A stretch of DNA of 38,808 nucleotides. It comes from Ilumatobacteraceae bacterium (GTDB lineage Bacteria > Actinomycetota > Acidimicrobiia > Acidimicrobiales > Ilumatobacteraceae). The stretch lies in NCBI GenBank assembly GCA_046093585.1, contig JBJTFU010000175.1, positions 1 through 38,808 on the forward strand, given 5' to 3'. The position numbers and the translations under genes are program-made. Below, piece by piece: positions 8,349 through 18,283 of the stretch. Numbering within the stretch: the stretch's first letter is position 1; every line of letters starts with the position of its first letter. The notes beneath the pieces are model-generated. The model was not told where the DNA came from. It searched no databases and saw only the letters and a list, made by a program, of their open reading frames with translations.

Positions 8349-8405
8349 GACGGTCACTTTGTCACACGGGTATGCCACCATCGCCGCATGGAGCGGACGT
8401 CGGCT

Positions 8406-8738
8406 ATGCAATTCGTTGCAGCGGCCCGACTGATCTCCAAGGAAACTCAGCGTTACGGGCTGGACGCCCCGAGTTTTCGTAGCCCACCCAGTGTGCTCGG
8501 TGTCGATCGCACGGTCCGTCGCCGCGAGCGTGGCGGAGTGGTGGCGGTGACCGTGCGCGAACGACCATTCGTGGCCGTGCTCGCCGACATGATCGAAGGG
8601 GTCATCGTGGTCAATCGCTTGGTCTCACCCGAGGCCGATCAGGTGCGTACCGCGCTGTGGACCATGCTCAACGTCATGGGCGTAGTGGCGTCCGCTCAGG
8701 TGGTCGACGACGACGTCGAAGTGCCACGCGTAGCCTGA
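8406..8738 (+). CDS. small conserved hypothetical protein (~110 aa)
   Basis: This is the C-terminal part of shadow-extended ORF 7437..8738. MQFVAAARLISKETQRYGLDAPSFRSPPSVLGVDRTVRRRERGGVVAVTVRERPFVAVLADMIEGVIVVNRL... shows coding-like codon usage. It is divergent from the nuclease. ATG 8388 is an alternative start. Confidence 0.5.
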   Translation: MQFVAAARLISKETQRYGLDAPSFRSPPSVLGVDRTVRRRERGGVVAVTVRERPFVAVLADMIEGVIVVNRLVSPEADQVRTALWTMLNVMGVVASAQVVDDDVEVPRVA

Positions 8739-8744
8739 CTCACG

Positions 8745-8829
8745 GCCCGGGTGGCGGAATGGTAGACGCGGGGGGCTTAAACCCCCCTGGCCAGAAATGG
8801 TCGTACAGGTTCGAGTCCTGTCCCGGGCA
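8745..8829 (+). tRNA. tRNA-Leu (anticodon UAA), class II with long variable arm, no encoded CCA
   Basis: The 7-bp acceptor stem GCCCGGG/CCCGGGC pairs perfectly. The anticodon stem GGGGG/CCCCC carries loop CTTAAAC (TAA at 8778..8780). The T arm is ACAGG-TTCGAGT-CCTGT and the discriminator is A at 8829. Confidence 0.9.
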
Positions 8830-8836
8830 CGCCGGT

Positions 8837-10015
8837 CTACGTCTCTAGACGTTCCTTCAAGGCCGTGCCGACGATCGACCACGTCGATCGATGATCATCG
8901 GGCACCTCGCTCAGGAAGTCGCGCACGTACGCCTCGTAGTGAGGTGAAGACACCTCTTCGATGTGTGGTGCGACGGTGGATTCGTGATCGTCGATCATGT
9001 CGATGCGACTGCCGAGTCGCTCGGCGAAATTCGCCACGAACGGCCCCTCCCACGAGGACATCAGGTCCTCGTTGGCCATCAGGATCACCGGCTTGTTCCA
9101 CAACACGGCGAAGGAGAGTGCCGTCGAGTTGTGCCCGAGCACGCACGATGCGCCTGCAATCGCCTCCACCGCCGGAACATCGGTCACGTCCACGCCCCGC
9201 AACCTCGTCTTGACGAAGGCAGCGTTGCTGCGCGGATGCGGACATGCGACCACGGCAAGCCCCGTGCTCTCGGTGAAGCGATGAAAGTAGTCGTGAAGAT
9301 CCGCATAGAACGACGATGGCTCGATCGGTACACGTAGTCCACTGAATTCGTAGTCGACGTGGAAGCCCATCACTTGATCGAGGTACACCGCATACGGCCG
9401 GTCGATCACCGGTCGGTGCACCTTCGCGCGGGACTTCAACTGACGATCAAAGTCGAGGCTGTGGGCCTTGATGACGTAGGTGGTCGGATCGACGCCGACC
9501 GTCGACTCCCTGCCACCTGCGACGAGAACGTGGGGTGCGATATGGCGAACTCGCCCAGTGAGGATTCAGCGGCCGATCAACTTGAGCAAACCCGCCGGAC
9601 CAGTCGTCTGTTTGACTCGGTTGATCATCCGCTCGATCGGGTGTGCCTTGGTGATGGAGTCACCAGGTGTCAGACACAGACGCAGGTCGCAGATGTCGGC
9701 ACCGATGGAAACGAGTAGTTCGTAGATCGATCGGCGGACTTCGGTCAATCCGATGTTGCTCACGACGGTGTGCGGATCGAACGAGCGCAGTTCATCGATC
9801 ACTTCTTCGAGCGATGCGAACGTCATCAGTCGTGGATCGCGTGAGCGAGGCAGGGTACGAATCGCCAGCGACTTCGGATTGACGAGGTTCGCCAAGTCGT
9901 AGATGGCAACGTCGAAGTACTCCCGCAGGGTGGCGATGCCGAAGCGGTCGAAATCCCTGTCACTGAAGGGATAGTCGGCGAGAAAGACGAGGCGGAGTGG
10001 TTCGGACTTGTTCAT
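8837..10015 (-). pseudogene. GT-B-like surface-carbohydrate/capsule-type biosynthesis gene interrupted by one in-frame TGA (9566..9568)
   Basis: ORFs 9566..10015 and 8837..9439 are in the same frame. I translated the 42 intervening codons and they are open (ILTGRVRHIAPHVLVAGGRESTVGVDPTTYVIKAHSLDFDRQ). The C-terminal half carries LGHNSTALSFAVLWNKPVILM, resembling the nucleotide-sugar-binding half of capsule/KpsS-type transferases. GC is visibly lower than in the flanks. Confidence 0.55.
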
Positions 10016-10151
10016 CGTGCGGTTTCCGCCTACAGCGAGAGGGTAGGCCAGGTTCGGCTCGAATGGGCGTCAGGCTCGACTCACGTTGTCGGGCGGTCCG
10101 CCAGAGGCGGCAGCAGGGTGTTCGAGGCGGGGTTCGGGCAGACTTGAGGCG

Positions 10152-11270
10152 ATGCTCGGTAGCAACCTTCGCCAACGACTCGATGCCCAGACACCAGAGA
10201 TGGTGCAGCGACTCGGCGCATTCGTGAACACCGAGTCGCCCTCGAGCGAGGTGGAGTCGTTGACCCGCAGCGCAGAGTTCCTCCGCGATCTGATGACGGA
10301 TTTGTTGGGAAGCCCGCCGCGCATCGTCGCGAGCGAGAAGGGTCCGCACGTGCATTGGTCGGGTGGTGGTACGCCGAAGGTGCTGATCGTGGGCCACCAC
10401 GACACGGTGTTTCCACTGGGCACGGTCGGCAAGCGGCCGTTCACGGTGGACGGAGACAAGGCGTGTGGGCCCGGCGTGTTCGACATGAAGGGTGGCATCA
10501 TCCAGACGATCTACGCCTTGGGCGCCCTGGAGGACGTGTCGCACGTGGAGGTGTTGATCACGAGCGACGAGGAGATCGGTTCGTATGCCTCGCGTGCGTT
10601 GATCGAAGAGCGGGCGCGTGCAGCGGGTGCGGTGCTCGTACTCGAGCCGGCGGGCGACGGTGACGCGCTGAAGGTGGGGCGCAAGGGAGTGGGTACGTTC
10701 GTGGTCGACATCGTCGGTCGGGCCGCACACGCCGGTCTCGAGCCGGAGAAGGGTGTCAACGCGTTGACAGAGCTTGCCTGTCTCGTGCCGCAGATCGCCG
10801 ACATCGCCCGCCCCGATCTCGGTACCACCGTCACGCCGACCGTGGCGTCGGCTGGTTCAGCGGAGAACGTGGTCCCTGCAGCAGCACGCATCGTCGTCGA
10901 CACGCGTGTGGTGCTGCCCGAGGAGAAGTCGCGCGTGGAATCTGCGCTGCGCTCGCTCGTCGCCACCACCCCCGGGGCCAGCGTGCAGGTGAGTGGATCG
11001 ATCAATCGTCCACCGATGCACGAGAGTGCTGCTCGGGATCTCTTCGTCCTCGCCCAGAAAGTTGCACCGGAGGTGGGGATCGATTCGATCGCCGGGATCA
11101 GTGTCGGCGGGGGATCCGACGGCAACTTCACCGCCGCGATCGGCGTGCCGACTTTGGACGGCCTCGGTGCGTGCGGAGCCGGCGCACACGCCGACCACGA
11201 GTACGTGAAGATCTCCAAAATGGGCGAGCGCAGCGCCCTCGTGGCGGCACTCGTCGCCGCCCTCGCCTGA
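10152..11270 (+). CDS. M20-family metallopeptidase (carboxypeptidase G2 / glutamate carboxypeptidase-like)
   Basis: VLIVGHHDTVFP, CGPGVFDMKGG, LITSDEEIGS, GRAAHAG and DGNF. ATG 10152 lies inside ORF 10086..11270 and has CAGACT 7 nt upstream. Confidence 0.8.
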   Translation: MLGSNLRQRLDAQTPEMVQRLGAFVNTESPSSEVESLTRSAEFLRDLMTDLLGSPPRIVASEKGPHVHWSGGGTPKVLIVGHHDTVFPLGTVGKRPFTVDGDKACGPGVFDMKGGIIQTIYALGALEDVSHVEVLITSDEEIGSYASRALIEERARAAGAVLVLEPAGDGDALKVGRKGVGTFVVDIVGRAAHAGLEPEKGVNALTELACLVPQIADIARPDLGTTVTPTVASAGSAENVVPAAARIVVDTRVVLPEEKSRVESALRSLVATTPGASVQVSGSINRPPMHESAARDLFVLAQKVAPEVGIDSIAGISVGGGSDGNFTAAIGVPTLDGLGACGAGAHADHEYVKISKMGERSALVAALVAALA

Positions 11271-12617
<1,347 letters not shown>

Positions 12618-12620
12618 TCA

Positions 12621-12626
12621 ACGGTA
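12621..12626 (-). promoter_or_regulatory. -10-like hexamer TACCGT, 6 nt upstream of argG ATG 12614, embedded in palindrome CGGTACC-GA-GGTACCG (12622..12637)
   Basis: Reverse strand reads TACCGT-tgacgc-ATG. The 7-bp inverted-repeat arms were read directly. Confidence 0.45.
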
Positions 12627-12681
12627 CCGAGGTACCGCAACGTTTGGGATCGACCACCGGTGGCGTGATCGGTGCCCCGTC

Positions 12682-13086
12682 TCAGCGCTGGCGACCCGCC
12701 AGCGAAGCAAACGAGACGAGCAGGGCGGCACCGGCCACCGCCACCTCGATCAATGCCACTGCCGGGGTGTTCTCCACGTCGAGGAGTGCGACCGCGCCGA
12801 GGAACAGGGATGCTCCCATGCCGGCGAACGGGGCCCATCTTCCGGCCGCGATCGCGCAGACGATGGCAACGATCGGCGCGAGGAATGGCACCACCCACAA
12901 CACCGGCCACGCTGGATCGGACTCGGTACCGAGCCACCAGGTTGGCTTGCCGATGTTGCGACCGGTCATGGCGGCTGCGGCGAGCGCAGCGGTGACGAGC
13001 AACCACGAGACGATGACGATGGCGCCCCAGGGTTTGTCGAGGCCCGCGGAACGATGCCTCGGTGGGTGCGGTACTTCCGTGGACAC
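12682..13086 (-). CDS. small integral membrane protein, unknown function
   Basis: Four hydrophobic segments (WGAIVIVSWLLVTAALAAAAM, VLWVVPFLAPIVAIVCAIAA, ...). I prefer GTG 13086 (TACCCT 7 nt upstream); the track start is GTG 13107. Confidence 0.5.
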   Translation of the reverse strand: MSTEVPHPPRHRSAGLDKPWGAIVIVSWLLVTAALAAAAMTGRNIGKPTWWLGTESDPAWPVLWVVPFLAPIVAIVCAIAAGRWAPFAGMGASLFLGAVALLDVENTPAVALIEVAVAGAALLVSFASLAGRQR

Positions 13087-13093
13087 GCCCTGA

Positions 13094-13099
13094 AGGGTA
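13094..13099 (-). promoter_or_regulatory. -10-like hexamer TACCCT, 7 nt upstream of GTG 13086
   Basis: Reverse strand reads TACCCT-tcagggc-GTG. Confidence 0.4.
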
Positions 13100-13118
13100 C
13101 AACTCACTGACGCGCAGT

Positions 13119-13124
13119 TAGCCT
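13119..13124 (+). promoter_or_regulatory. -10-like hexamer TAGCCT (part of 11-mer TAGCCTGATCG), 9 nt upstream of ATG 13134
   Basis: TAGCCT-gatcgcgaa-ATG. Confidence 0.45.
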
Positions 13125-13133
13125 GATCGCGAA

Positions 13134-13880
13134 ATGTCGGCTGCCCGATTCGGTCAACTCTCGATCTTCTTTCCGATGTGGAACGAAGAGGAGTACTTGG
13201 AGCGTGCGGTGAACGCCGCCACCGAGATTTCCGACGAGTTGATGGCGGCGGGAACGATCACCGACTACGAGGTGGTGATCGTCGATGACGCGAGCACCGA
13301 TGCGACCCCGCGCTTGGCCGACGAGGCCAGTGCGGCGAACCCCCGTGTCAAGGTCGTGCACCACCCCACGAACCGGAAGTTGGGCGGCTCGATGAAGTCC
13401 GGTTTTGCCGCGTCCAAGGGAGACATCGTGCTCTACACGGACGCCGATCTGCCCTTCGACATGCGCGAGCTGCACAAGGCCCTTCGACTGATGCACCAGT
13501 ACGAGGCCGACGTGGTGGCTGCATATCGGTTCGATCGCACGGGCGAGGGTTACGTTCGGGTGATCTACTCGTTCTTCTACAACCTGCTCGTGCGGGTGCT
13601 GTTCGGTTGTCGATTCAGGGACGTCAACTTCGCCTTCAAGCTCGTCCGTCGACGGGTCCTCGATCGCGTCACGCTGCGCAGCGAAGGCTCGTTCATCGAT
13701 GCCGAATTGATGGTCTCGGCACGCAAGATGGGGATGGAAGTGGTGCAATTCGGTGTCGACTATTTTCCGCGTACGAGGGGTGTCTCCACCCTCAGTTCGC
13801 CGACGGTGATCCTGAAGATTCTGAAAGAGGCCTTCGCGTTGCGGCGTGACCTCAACGCGATCTCGCCCGGCAAGGCATGA
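13134..13880 (+). CDS. family 2 glycosyltransferase (polyprenyl-phosphate sugar transferase-like)
   Basis: LSIFFPMWNEEEYL, YEVVIVDDASTDAT, and GDIVLYTDADLPFD (DxD). Confidence 0.85.
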   Translation: MSAARFGQLSIFFPMWNEEEYLERAVNAATEISDELMAAGTITDYEVVIVDDASTDATPRLADEASAANPRVKVVHHPTNRKLGGSMKSGFAASKGDIVLYTDADLPFDMRELHKALRLMHQYEADVVAAYRFDRTGEGYVRVIYSFFYNLLVRVLFGCRFRDVNFAFKLVRRRVLDRVTLRSEGSFIDAELMVSARKMGMEVVQFGVDYFPRTRGVSTLSSPTVILKILKEAFALRRDLNAISPGKA

Positions 13881-14836
13881 GCACCTACGACCGCTGGCGT
13901 CCTGCGCTCTTTTCGATCGCCGTCCTTCTGACCGTCGTCGCCGTCGCAGTACTGAACGGGGACGATCCGGAGCAGTCGATGTCGTCGACGACCACGACTG
14001 CGGACGTGTCGGTGACGTCTTCCACGTTGCCCAAGGCGCCGTTGGATCGACGGCTGCGGGAGGGCGTGAAGGGTGACGACGTGTTGCGCCTGCAAGTGCG
14101 ACTCGCCCAGTTGAAGTTCGACCCAGGTCCGCTCGACGGAGAGTTCGGTCAGGCCACCAAGCAGGCCGTGTGGGCGTTCGAGAAATTGGTGTTGAAGACA
14201 CCTCGCAAGGAAGCCACGGGAGTGGTCACCCCAGAGATGTGGGAGATCATGCAGTCGAACGTGGAGGTGATCCCTCGCCGTGATGCCGACTCGCCGTCCC
14301 ATGTGGAGATCTACTTGCCGGAGCAGGTGATGGTGGTGTTCAAGGAAACCGAGGTGATGTTGATCACGCACGTGTCCACCGGCTCCAACGAGCCGTGGTG
14401 CGAAGAGGTGGCGATCGACCCGGGCGAAGATGGCAACGACACGATGAAGCAGATCAAGGCGGGGCTGTGCGGCGAGGCAGTGACGCCACCAGGAATCTTC
14501 TACTTCTACAACCGCAAGCAAGGAACGCGCGAGTCGCGGCTGGGAAGCATGTACAACCCGGTGTATTTCAACTTCGGCATCGCCGTGCACGGCGCCATCC
14601 TCGTGCCGCTCGAACCCGCCTCGCACGGCTGCGTCCGAATTCCGATGTCGATCGCGCGATATTTTCCTGCTCTCGTGGCCTACGGGGATCGCGTGTACGT
14701 GTTCGACGGGATCAAGGAGCCGGAGGAGTACGGCTCGCCTCCGCCGCCGTTCGATCGGCCGGATCCGAACTACACCACGACGACTTCGTCGAGCGTGCCT
14801 GCCTCCACCACGGTTCCACCGACGACCGTGCCGTGA
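13877..14836 (+). CDS. L,D-transpeptidase with N-terminal membrane anchor and PG-binding domain
   Basis: The ATGA overlap with the GT2 stop suggests coupling. PG_binding_1 motif: GDDVLRLQVRLAQLKFDPGPLDGEFGQATKQAVWAFEK. YkuD catalytic motif: GIAVHGAILVPLEPASHGCVRIP. Confidence 0.85.
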   Translation: MSTYDRWRPALFSIAVLLTVVAVAVLNGDDPEQSMSSTTTTADVSVTSSTLPKAPLDRRLREGVKGDDVLRLQVRLAQLKFDPGPLDGEFGQATKQAVWAFEKLVLKTPRKEATGVVTPEMWEIMQSNVEVIPRRDADSPSHVEIYLPEQVMVVFKETEVMLITHVSTGSNEPWCEEVAIDPGEDGNDTMKQIKAGLCGEAVTPPGIFYFYNRKQGTRESRLGSMYNPVYFNFGIAVHGAILVPLEPASHGCVRIPMSIARYFPALVAYGDRVYVFDGIKEPEEYGSPPPPFDRPDPNYTTTTSSSVPASTTVPPTTVP

Positions 14837-14851
14837 GTGCGTGAAGCTGCC

Positions 14852-14857
14852 TAGCCT
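14852..14857 (+). promoter_or_regulatory. -10-like hexamer TAGCCT (11-mer TAGCCTGATCG), 6 nt upstream of ATG 14864
   Basis: TAGCCT-gatcgc-ATG. Confidence 0.5.
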
Positions 14858-14863
14858 GATCGC

Positions 14864-15751
14864 ATGACCCAATCGGGATACGACGAGTTCGGACTGTTCC
14901 ACGAGAACATCTCGGAGTTCGGTCTGGACGTCGATCCGAAACCCGTCGTCGTGCGGGTGACGACGCAATTGGCGGACCGTCGCGAGATTTCTGCACTGAA
15001 GTGGGGATCGGGGGATCCGCGGCTCGTCCTCGTCCACGGCGGAGGGCAGAACGCGCACACGTGGGACACCGTCGCTCTCGCCCTCGGAGTGGAACTACTC
15101 GCCGTGGATCTGCCCGGGCACGGTCACTCCGCGTGGAGCGAGACGGGCGAGTATCCACTCGAGGCGATGGCCGACGAAGTGGCGGCCGTAGTCGAGCAAC
15201 ATGCGCCGAATGCTTCGCTGTTGGTGGGCATGTCGCTCGGTGGACTCACCAGCCTCGTGTTGTCCTCGCGCCATTCGCATCTCGTTCGCAGTCTGATGAT
15301 GGTGGATGTCACGCCGGGAGTGACGCCGACCAAGGTGAAGGCGATCACCGACTTCCTCAACGGACCGCAGACCTTCCCCAGTTTCGACGAGCTGCTTCGT
15401 CGCACCATCGAACACAACCCGACGCGTTCGGAGACGAGTCTGCGTCGAGGAATCCTGCACAACGCCAAGCAACTCGACGACGGCACATGGCAGTGGAAGT
15501 ACGACCGTCGCCGTGCGCACGGGAGCCGAGAACAGGTGGTCACGAACGACTTGTGGTCGCTCGTCGAGCGATCCTCGTGTCCGCTCGCGCTCGTGCGCGG
15601 TGCGTTGTCTCCGGTCGTCGACGACGAGGATGTGGCGGAGTTGTTGCGGCGTCGCCCGTCAGCCACCGTGCACGTGGTGGAGGGCGCGGGTCACAGCGTT
15701 CAAGGGGATCGTCCCCTCGAGTTGACCGAACTACTCAGAGCGCTTCTGTAG
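14864..15751 (+). CDS. alpha/beta hydrolase
   Basis: LVLVHGGGQNAHTWD, nucleophile elbow LLVGMSLGG, and C-terminal GAGHSVQGD. Confidence 0.8.
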   Translation: MTQSGYDEFGLFHENISEFGLDVDPKPVVVRVTTQLADRREISALKWGSGDPRLVLVHGGGQNAHTWDTVALALGVELLAVDLPGHGHSAWSETGEYPLEAMADEVAAVVEQHAPNASLLVGMSLGGLTSLVLSSRHSHLVRSLMMVDVTPGVTPTKVKAITDFLNGPQTFPSFDELLRRTIEHNPTRSETSLRRGILHNAKQLDDGTWQWKYDRRRAHGSREQVVTNDLWSLVERSSCPLALVRGALSPVVDDEDVAELLRRRPSATVHVVEGAGHSVQGDRPLELTELLRALL

Positions 15752-16649
15752 CGAGACGCTCGGTGGAACGGCGTGTACCGACCAGTTCGAGCACGACGAG
15801 GATGAGGCAGATCCAGATCATCGAGAACCCGATGAACTTGGTCGTCGTCACCTCTTCGTCGAACACCGCCCACCCCAGTACGAAATAGATGGTGGGGACG
15901 ATGTATTGCATCGGACCGAGCACGGAAAGCGGCGTGCGCGAGGAAGCCGCTCCGAACAGCAGGAGGGGGACTGCGGTGACCGAACCGGTGAGCGAGACGA
16001 GGAACCATTCCGACGGCGAGGCATTGGTGGCCACGCTGAAGTCGCGTTGCCAGACCGTGACGAGGAAGATCACGGCCGGCACGACGAGCACCGTCACCTC
16101 CGCGGTGAGGCTGACGAGCGAGTCGAGGGGAACGTTCTTCTTGAGGTAGCCGTACATGCTCCACGAACCGGCGATGGCGAGCGCGATCCACGGCACGCGG
16201 CCGTAGGCGAAGGTGAGGATGATCAAGCCGAGCGCAGCGAACGACATCGCCGCCTTCTGCCGCGGGGAGAGTTTCTCGCTCAGGCGCACGACACCGAGGG
16301 CAGTGGTGAGTATCGGCGAGATGAAGTAGCCGAGGGCGGTCTCCACCACGTGCTCGTTGACGACGGCCCACACGAACATCGACCAATTGATCGTCAGCAG
16401 GGCACTGGCAGCGGTGATCCGCACGGCGAGTCGGGGCTTGGTCAGGGCCGAAACGACGAGGCGCACCTTGCGCATCGCGATCAACACCACGGCCAGGACG
16501 GCGAAGCTGGTGGTGATCCGCCACGCGATCAGCTCGAACGGATTGAACTGGTCGACGGTCTTCCAATACACGGTGACCATTCCCCAGACGAAGTAGGCGG
16601 CGAACGCGAATCCGATTCCGGCTCGTGTGTCGTCGCGTGTCGTCACCAC
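15735..16649 (-). CDS. rarD: EamA/DMT-family transporter RarD
   Basis: GIGFAFAAYFVWGMVTVYWK is the RarD N-terminal signature. The protein has 10 predicted TM helices. Its 3' end overlaps the convergent hydrolase by 17 nt. Confidence 0.8.
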   Translation of the reverse strand: MVTTRDDTRAGIGFAFAAYFVWGMVTVYWKTVDQFNPFELIAWRITTSFAVLAVVLIAMRKVRLVVSALTKPRLAVRITAASALLTINWSMFVWAVVNEHVVETALGYFISPILTTALGVVRLSEKLSPRQKAAMSFAALGLIILTFAYGRVPWIALAIAGSWSMYGYLKKNVPLDSLVSLTAEVTVLVVPAVIFLVTVWQRDFSVATNASPSEWFLVSLTGSVTAVPLLLFGAASSRTPLSVLGPMQYIVPTIYFVLGWAVFDEEVTTTKFIGFSMIWICLILVVLELVGTRRSTERLATEAL

Positions 16650-16658
16650 CAGCTCGAC

Positions 16659-16664
16659 ACACTA
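16659..16664 (-). promoter_or_regulatory. -10-like hexamer TAGTGT, 9 nt upstream of rarD GTG 16649
   Basis: Reverse strand reads TAGTGT-gtcgagctg-GTG. Confidence 0.35.
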
Positions 16665-16687
16665 CATACTTCGACTTTGCGTGCGGA

Positions 16688-16693
16688 TAGCCT
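16688..16693 (+). promoter_or_regulatory. -10-like hexamer TAGCCT (11-mer TAGCCTGATCG), 6 nt upstream of pgi GTG 16700
   Basis: TAGCCT-gatcgt-GTG. Confidence 0.5.
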
Positions 16694-16699
16694 GATCGT

Positions 16700-18262
16700 G
16701 TGGATCCATCCACTCTCACAGCGTGGAACGCGCTGATCGATCTCGCCGCGGTCAACGAGCAGACGACGATCGCGCAACTGTTCCGTGCGGATGCGACACG
16801 CGCGTCGATGATGGCGCTCGAGTTGTCCCTCGCCGGCGCCGAGATACTCGTCGACTTCAGTCGACAGAACGTCTCCAACCAGGTGCTCGAGGCGTTGCTC
16901 GACCTCGCCCGCGAGACGGGCCTGCAGGACCACCGCGATCGGCTGGTGTCGGGAGCAGTGGTCAACCAGTCCGAAGCCAGAGCCGCTTTGCACATGGCCG
17001 AGCGGTCGGGCAACCCCCACGGTGCCGTCGCCACCTTCGCCGAGGCAATCAGGGCGGGGAGCATTTCGGGTGTGGGCGGCAAGTTCACCCACGTGGTCAA
17101 CGTCGGAATCGGCGGAAGTGACTTGGGGCCAGCACTGGTCTACGAAGCGTTGTGCAACTGGTCGTCGCCGTCGCTCGAAGCCCGGTTCGTCTCCAACGTC
17201 GACGACCAGTCATTCGCCCTCCAGATGCGTGGTCTCGACCCGCGCACCACGTTGTTCGTGTTCTGTTCGAAGTCGTTCGGCACCGCCGAGACGCTGTCCA
17301 ATGCCCGACGTGTTCGCACCTGGTTGTCCGCGGGAATCTCCGAGTCCGACGTCTCGCGTCACTGCGTCGTGGTCTCGGCTGTGCCGCACCTTGCCGACTC
17401 CGCCGGAGTGCTCGCCGATCACCACTTCACCACCCCCGTCGAGGTGGGTGGTCGATTTTCCGTCTCTTCCGCGGTGAACCTCGTGAACGAGATCGCCTTC
17501 GGGCCAGCGGCGATCGCCGAGTTCAGGGCCGGGATGGCTGCCATGGACGATCACTTCGTGTCGGCCCCCACGACCCGCAATGCACCGGTGCTGATGGGAC
17601 TGATCAGCGTGTGGAACAGGACGTTCCTGGGTCGTCAATCTCGAGCCATGGTCGCGTACCTCGACGCGTTGAATGCGTTCGTTCCCTTCGTGCAACAACT
17701 CGAGATGGAGAGCAACGGCAAGCGTGTCCTCGCCGATTCGACGCCCGTCAATTTCGCGACCGGACCCGTGGTGTGGGGAGGTGTCGGCACGGATGCCCAA
17801 CATGCCTTCATGCAACTGATCCATCAAGGCACCGACGTGGTTCCCGTCGACTTCGTCGGAGTTTCGCATTCGGACGGCCGACGCAACGACGAGTTGATCG
17901 CCAACATGGAAGCCCAAGCACAGGCGTTGGCCGTCGGTCGATCCGTCGAGCAGCTCCGTCGGGGTGGCGCGGACGAGACGCTCGCCCGACACCGAGAGAT
18001 GCCGGGGAACCGGCCGTCCACCTGCATCGTGTTGCGAGTGCTCGACCCCGCATCGCTCGGCGCATTGATCGCCCTCTACGAACATGCCACGTTCGTCCAA
18101 GGTGCGACCTTGGGGATCGACAGTTTCGACCAATGGGGAGTGGAGCTGGGCAAGGAGATCGCGCGCGACGTGCTGGCGAAGATGGGTGAGGCAGGAGTGG
18201 CTCAACCGGCCGAGGTCGTGCAGTCGCCGCTCGTGGCATGGCACCTGCGCAAACACCGCTGA
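16700..18262 (+). CDS. pgi: glucose-6-phosphate isomerase
   Basis: VVNVGIGGSDLGP, FCSKSFGTAET, QQLEMESNGK, GTDAQHAFMQLIHQG and SFDQWGVELGK. Confidence 0.92.
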   Translation: MDPSTLTAWNALIDLAAVNEQTTIAQLFRADATRASMMALELSLAGAEILVDFSRQNVSNQVLEALLDLARETGLQDHRDRLVSGAVVNQSEARAALHMAERSGNPHGAVATFAEAIRAGSISGVGGKFTHVVNVGIGGSDLGPALVYEALCNWSSPSLEARFVSNVDDQSFALQMRGLDPRTTLFVFCSKSFGTAETLSNARRVRTWLSAGISESDVSRHCVVVSAVPHLADSAGVLADHHFTTPVEVGGRFSVSSAVNLVNEIAFGPAAIAEFRAGMAAMDDHFVSAPTTRNAPVLMGLISVWNRTFLGRQSRAMVAYLDALNAFVPFVQQLEMESNGKRVLADSTPVNFATGPVVWGGVGTDAQHAFMQLIHQGTDVVPVDFVGVSHSDGRRNDELIANMEAQAQALAVGRSVEQLRRGGADETLARHREMPGNRPSTCIVLRVLDPASLGALIALYEHATFVQGATLGIDSFDQWGVELGKEIARDVLAKMGEAGVAQPAEVVQSPLVAWHLRKHR

Positions 18263-18270
18263 TCGTCGCC

Positions 18271-18276
18271 TAGCCT
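18271..18276 (+). promoter_or_regulatory. -10-like hexamer TAGCCT, 7 nt upstream of GTG 18284
   Basis: TAGCCT-ctcgccc-GTG. Confidence 0.45.
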
Positions 18277-18283
18277 CTCGCCC

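Noticed and set aside
7437-8402. Long + strand ORF (N-terminal ~320 codons of ORF 7437..8738) antisense to the PD-(D/E)XK nuclease.
   Set aside because: It is a shadow ORF typical of high-GC DNA, with Arg/Gly/His-rich composition and no motifs, while the opposite strand carries clear nuclease motifs. Only the last ~110 codons (8406..8738), beyond the nuclease gene, look like a real gene.
9520-9568. Selenocysteine recoding of the in-frame TGA at 9566..9568; a small GGCGA-gt-TCGCC hairpin lies about 9 nt downstream.
   Set aside because: The hairpin is only 5 bp with a 2-nt loop, far from a bacterial SECIS. The enzyme class is not a known selenoprotein, and no sel genes are in the window. I kept it only as a check item under the pseudogene finding.
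10040-10066. Possible att-type direct repeat of the tRNA-Leu 3' end flanking the lower-GC gene (CAGGTTCG shared between 8806..8813 and about 10048).
   Set aside because: Only an 8-nt match is present and similarity is lost beyond it. No integrase or other mobile gene is present, so the evidence is insufficient to call a genomic island.
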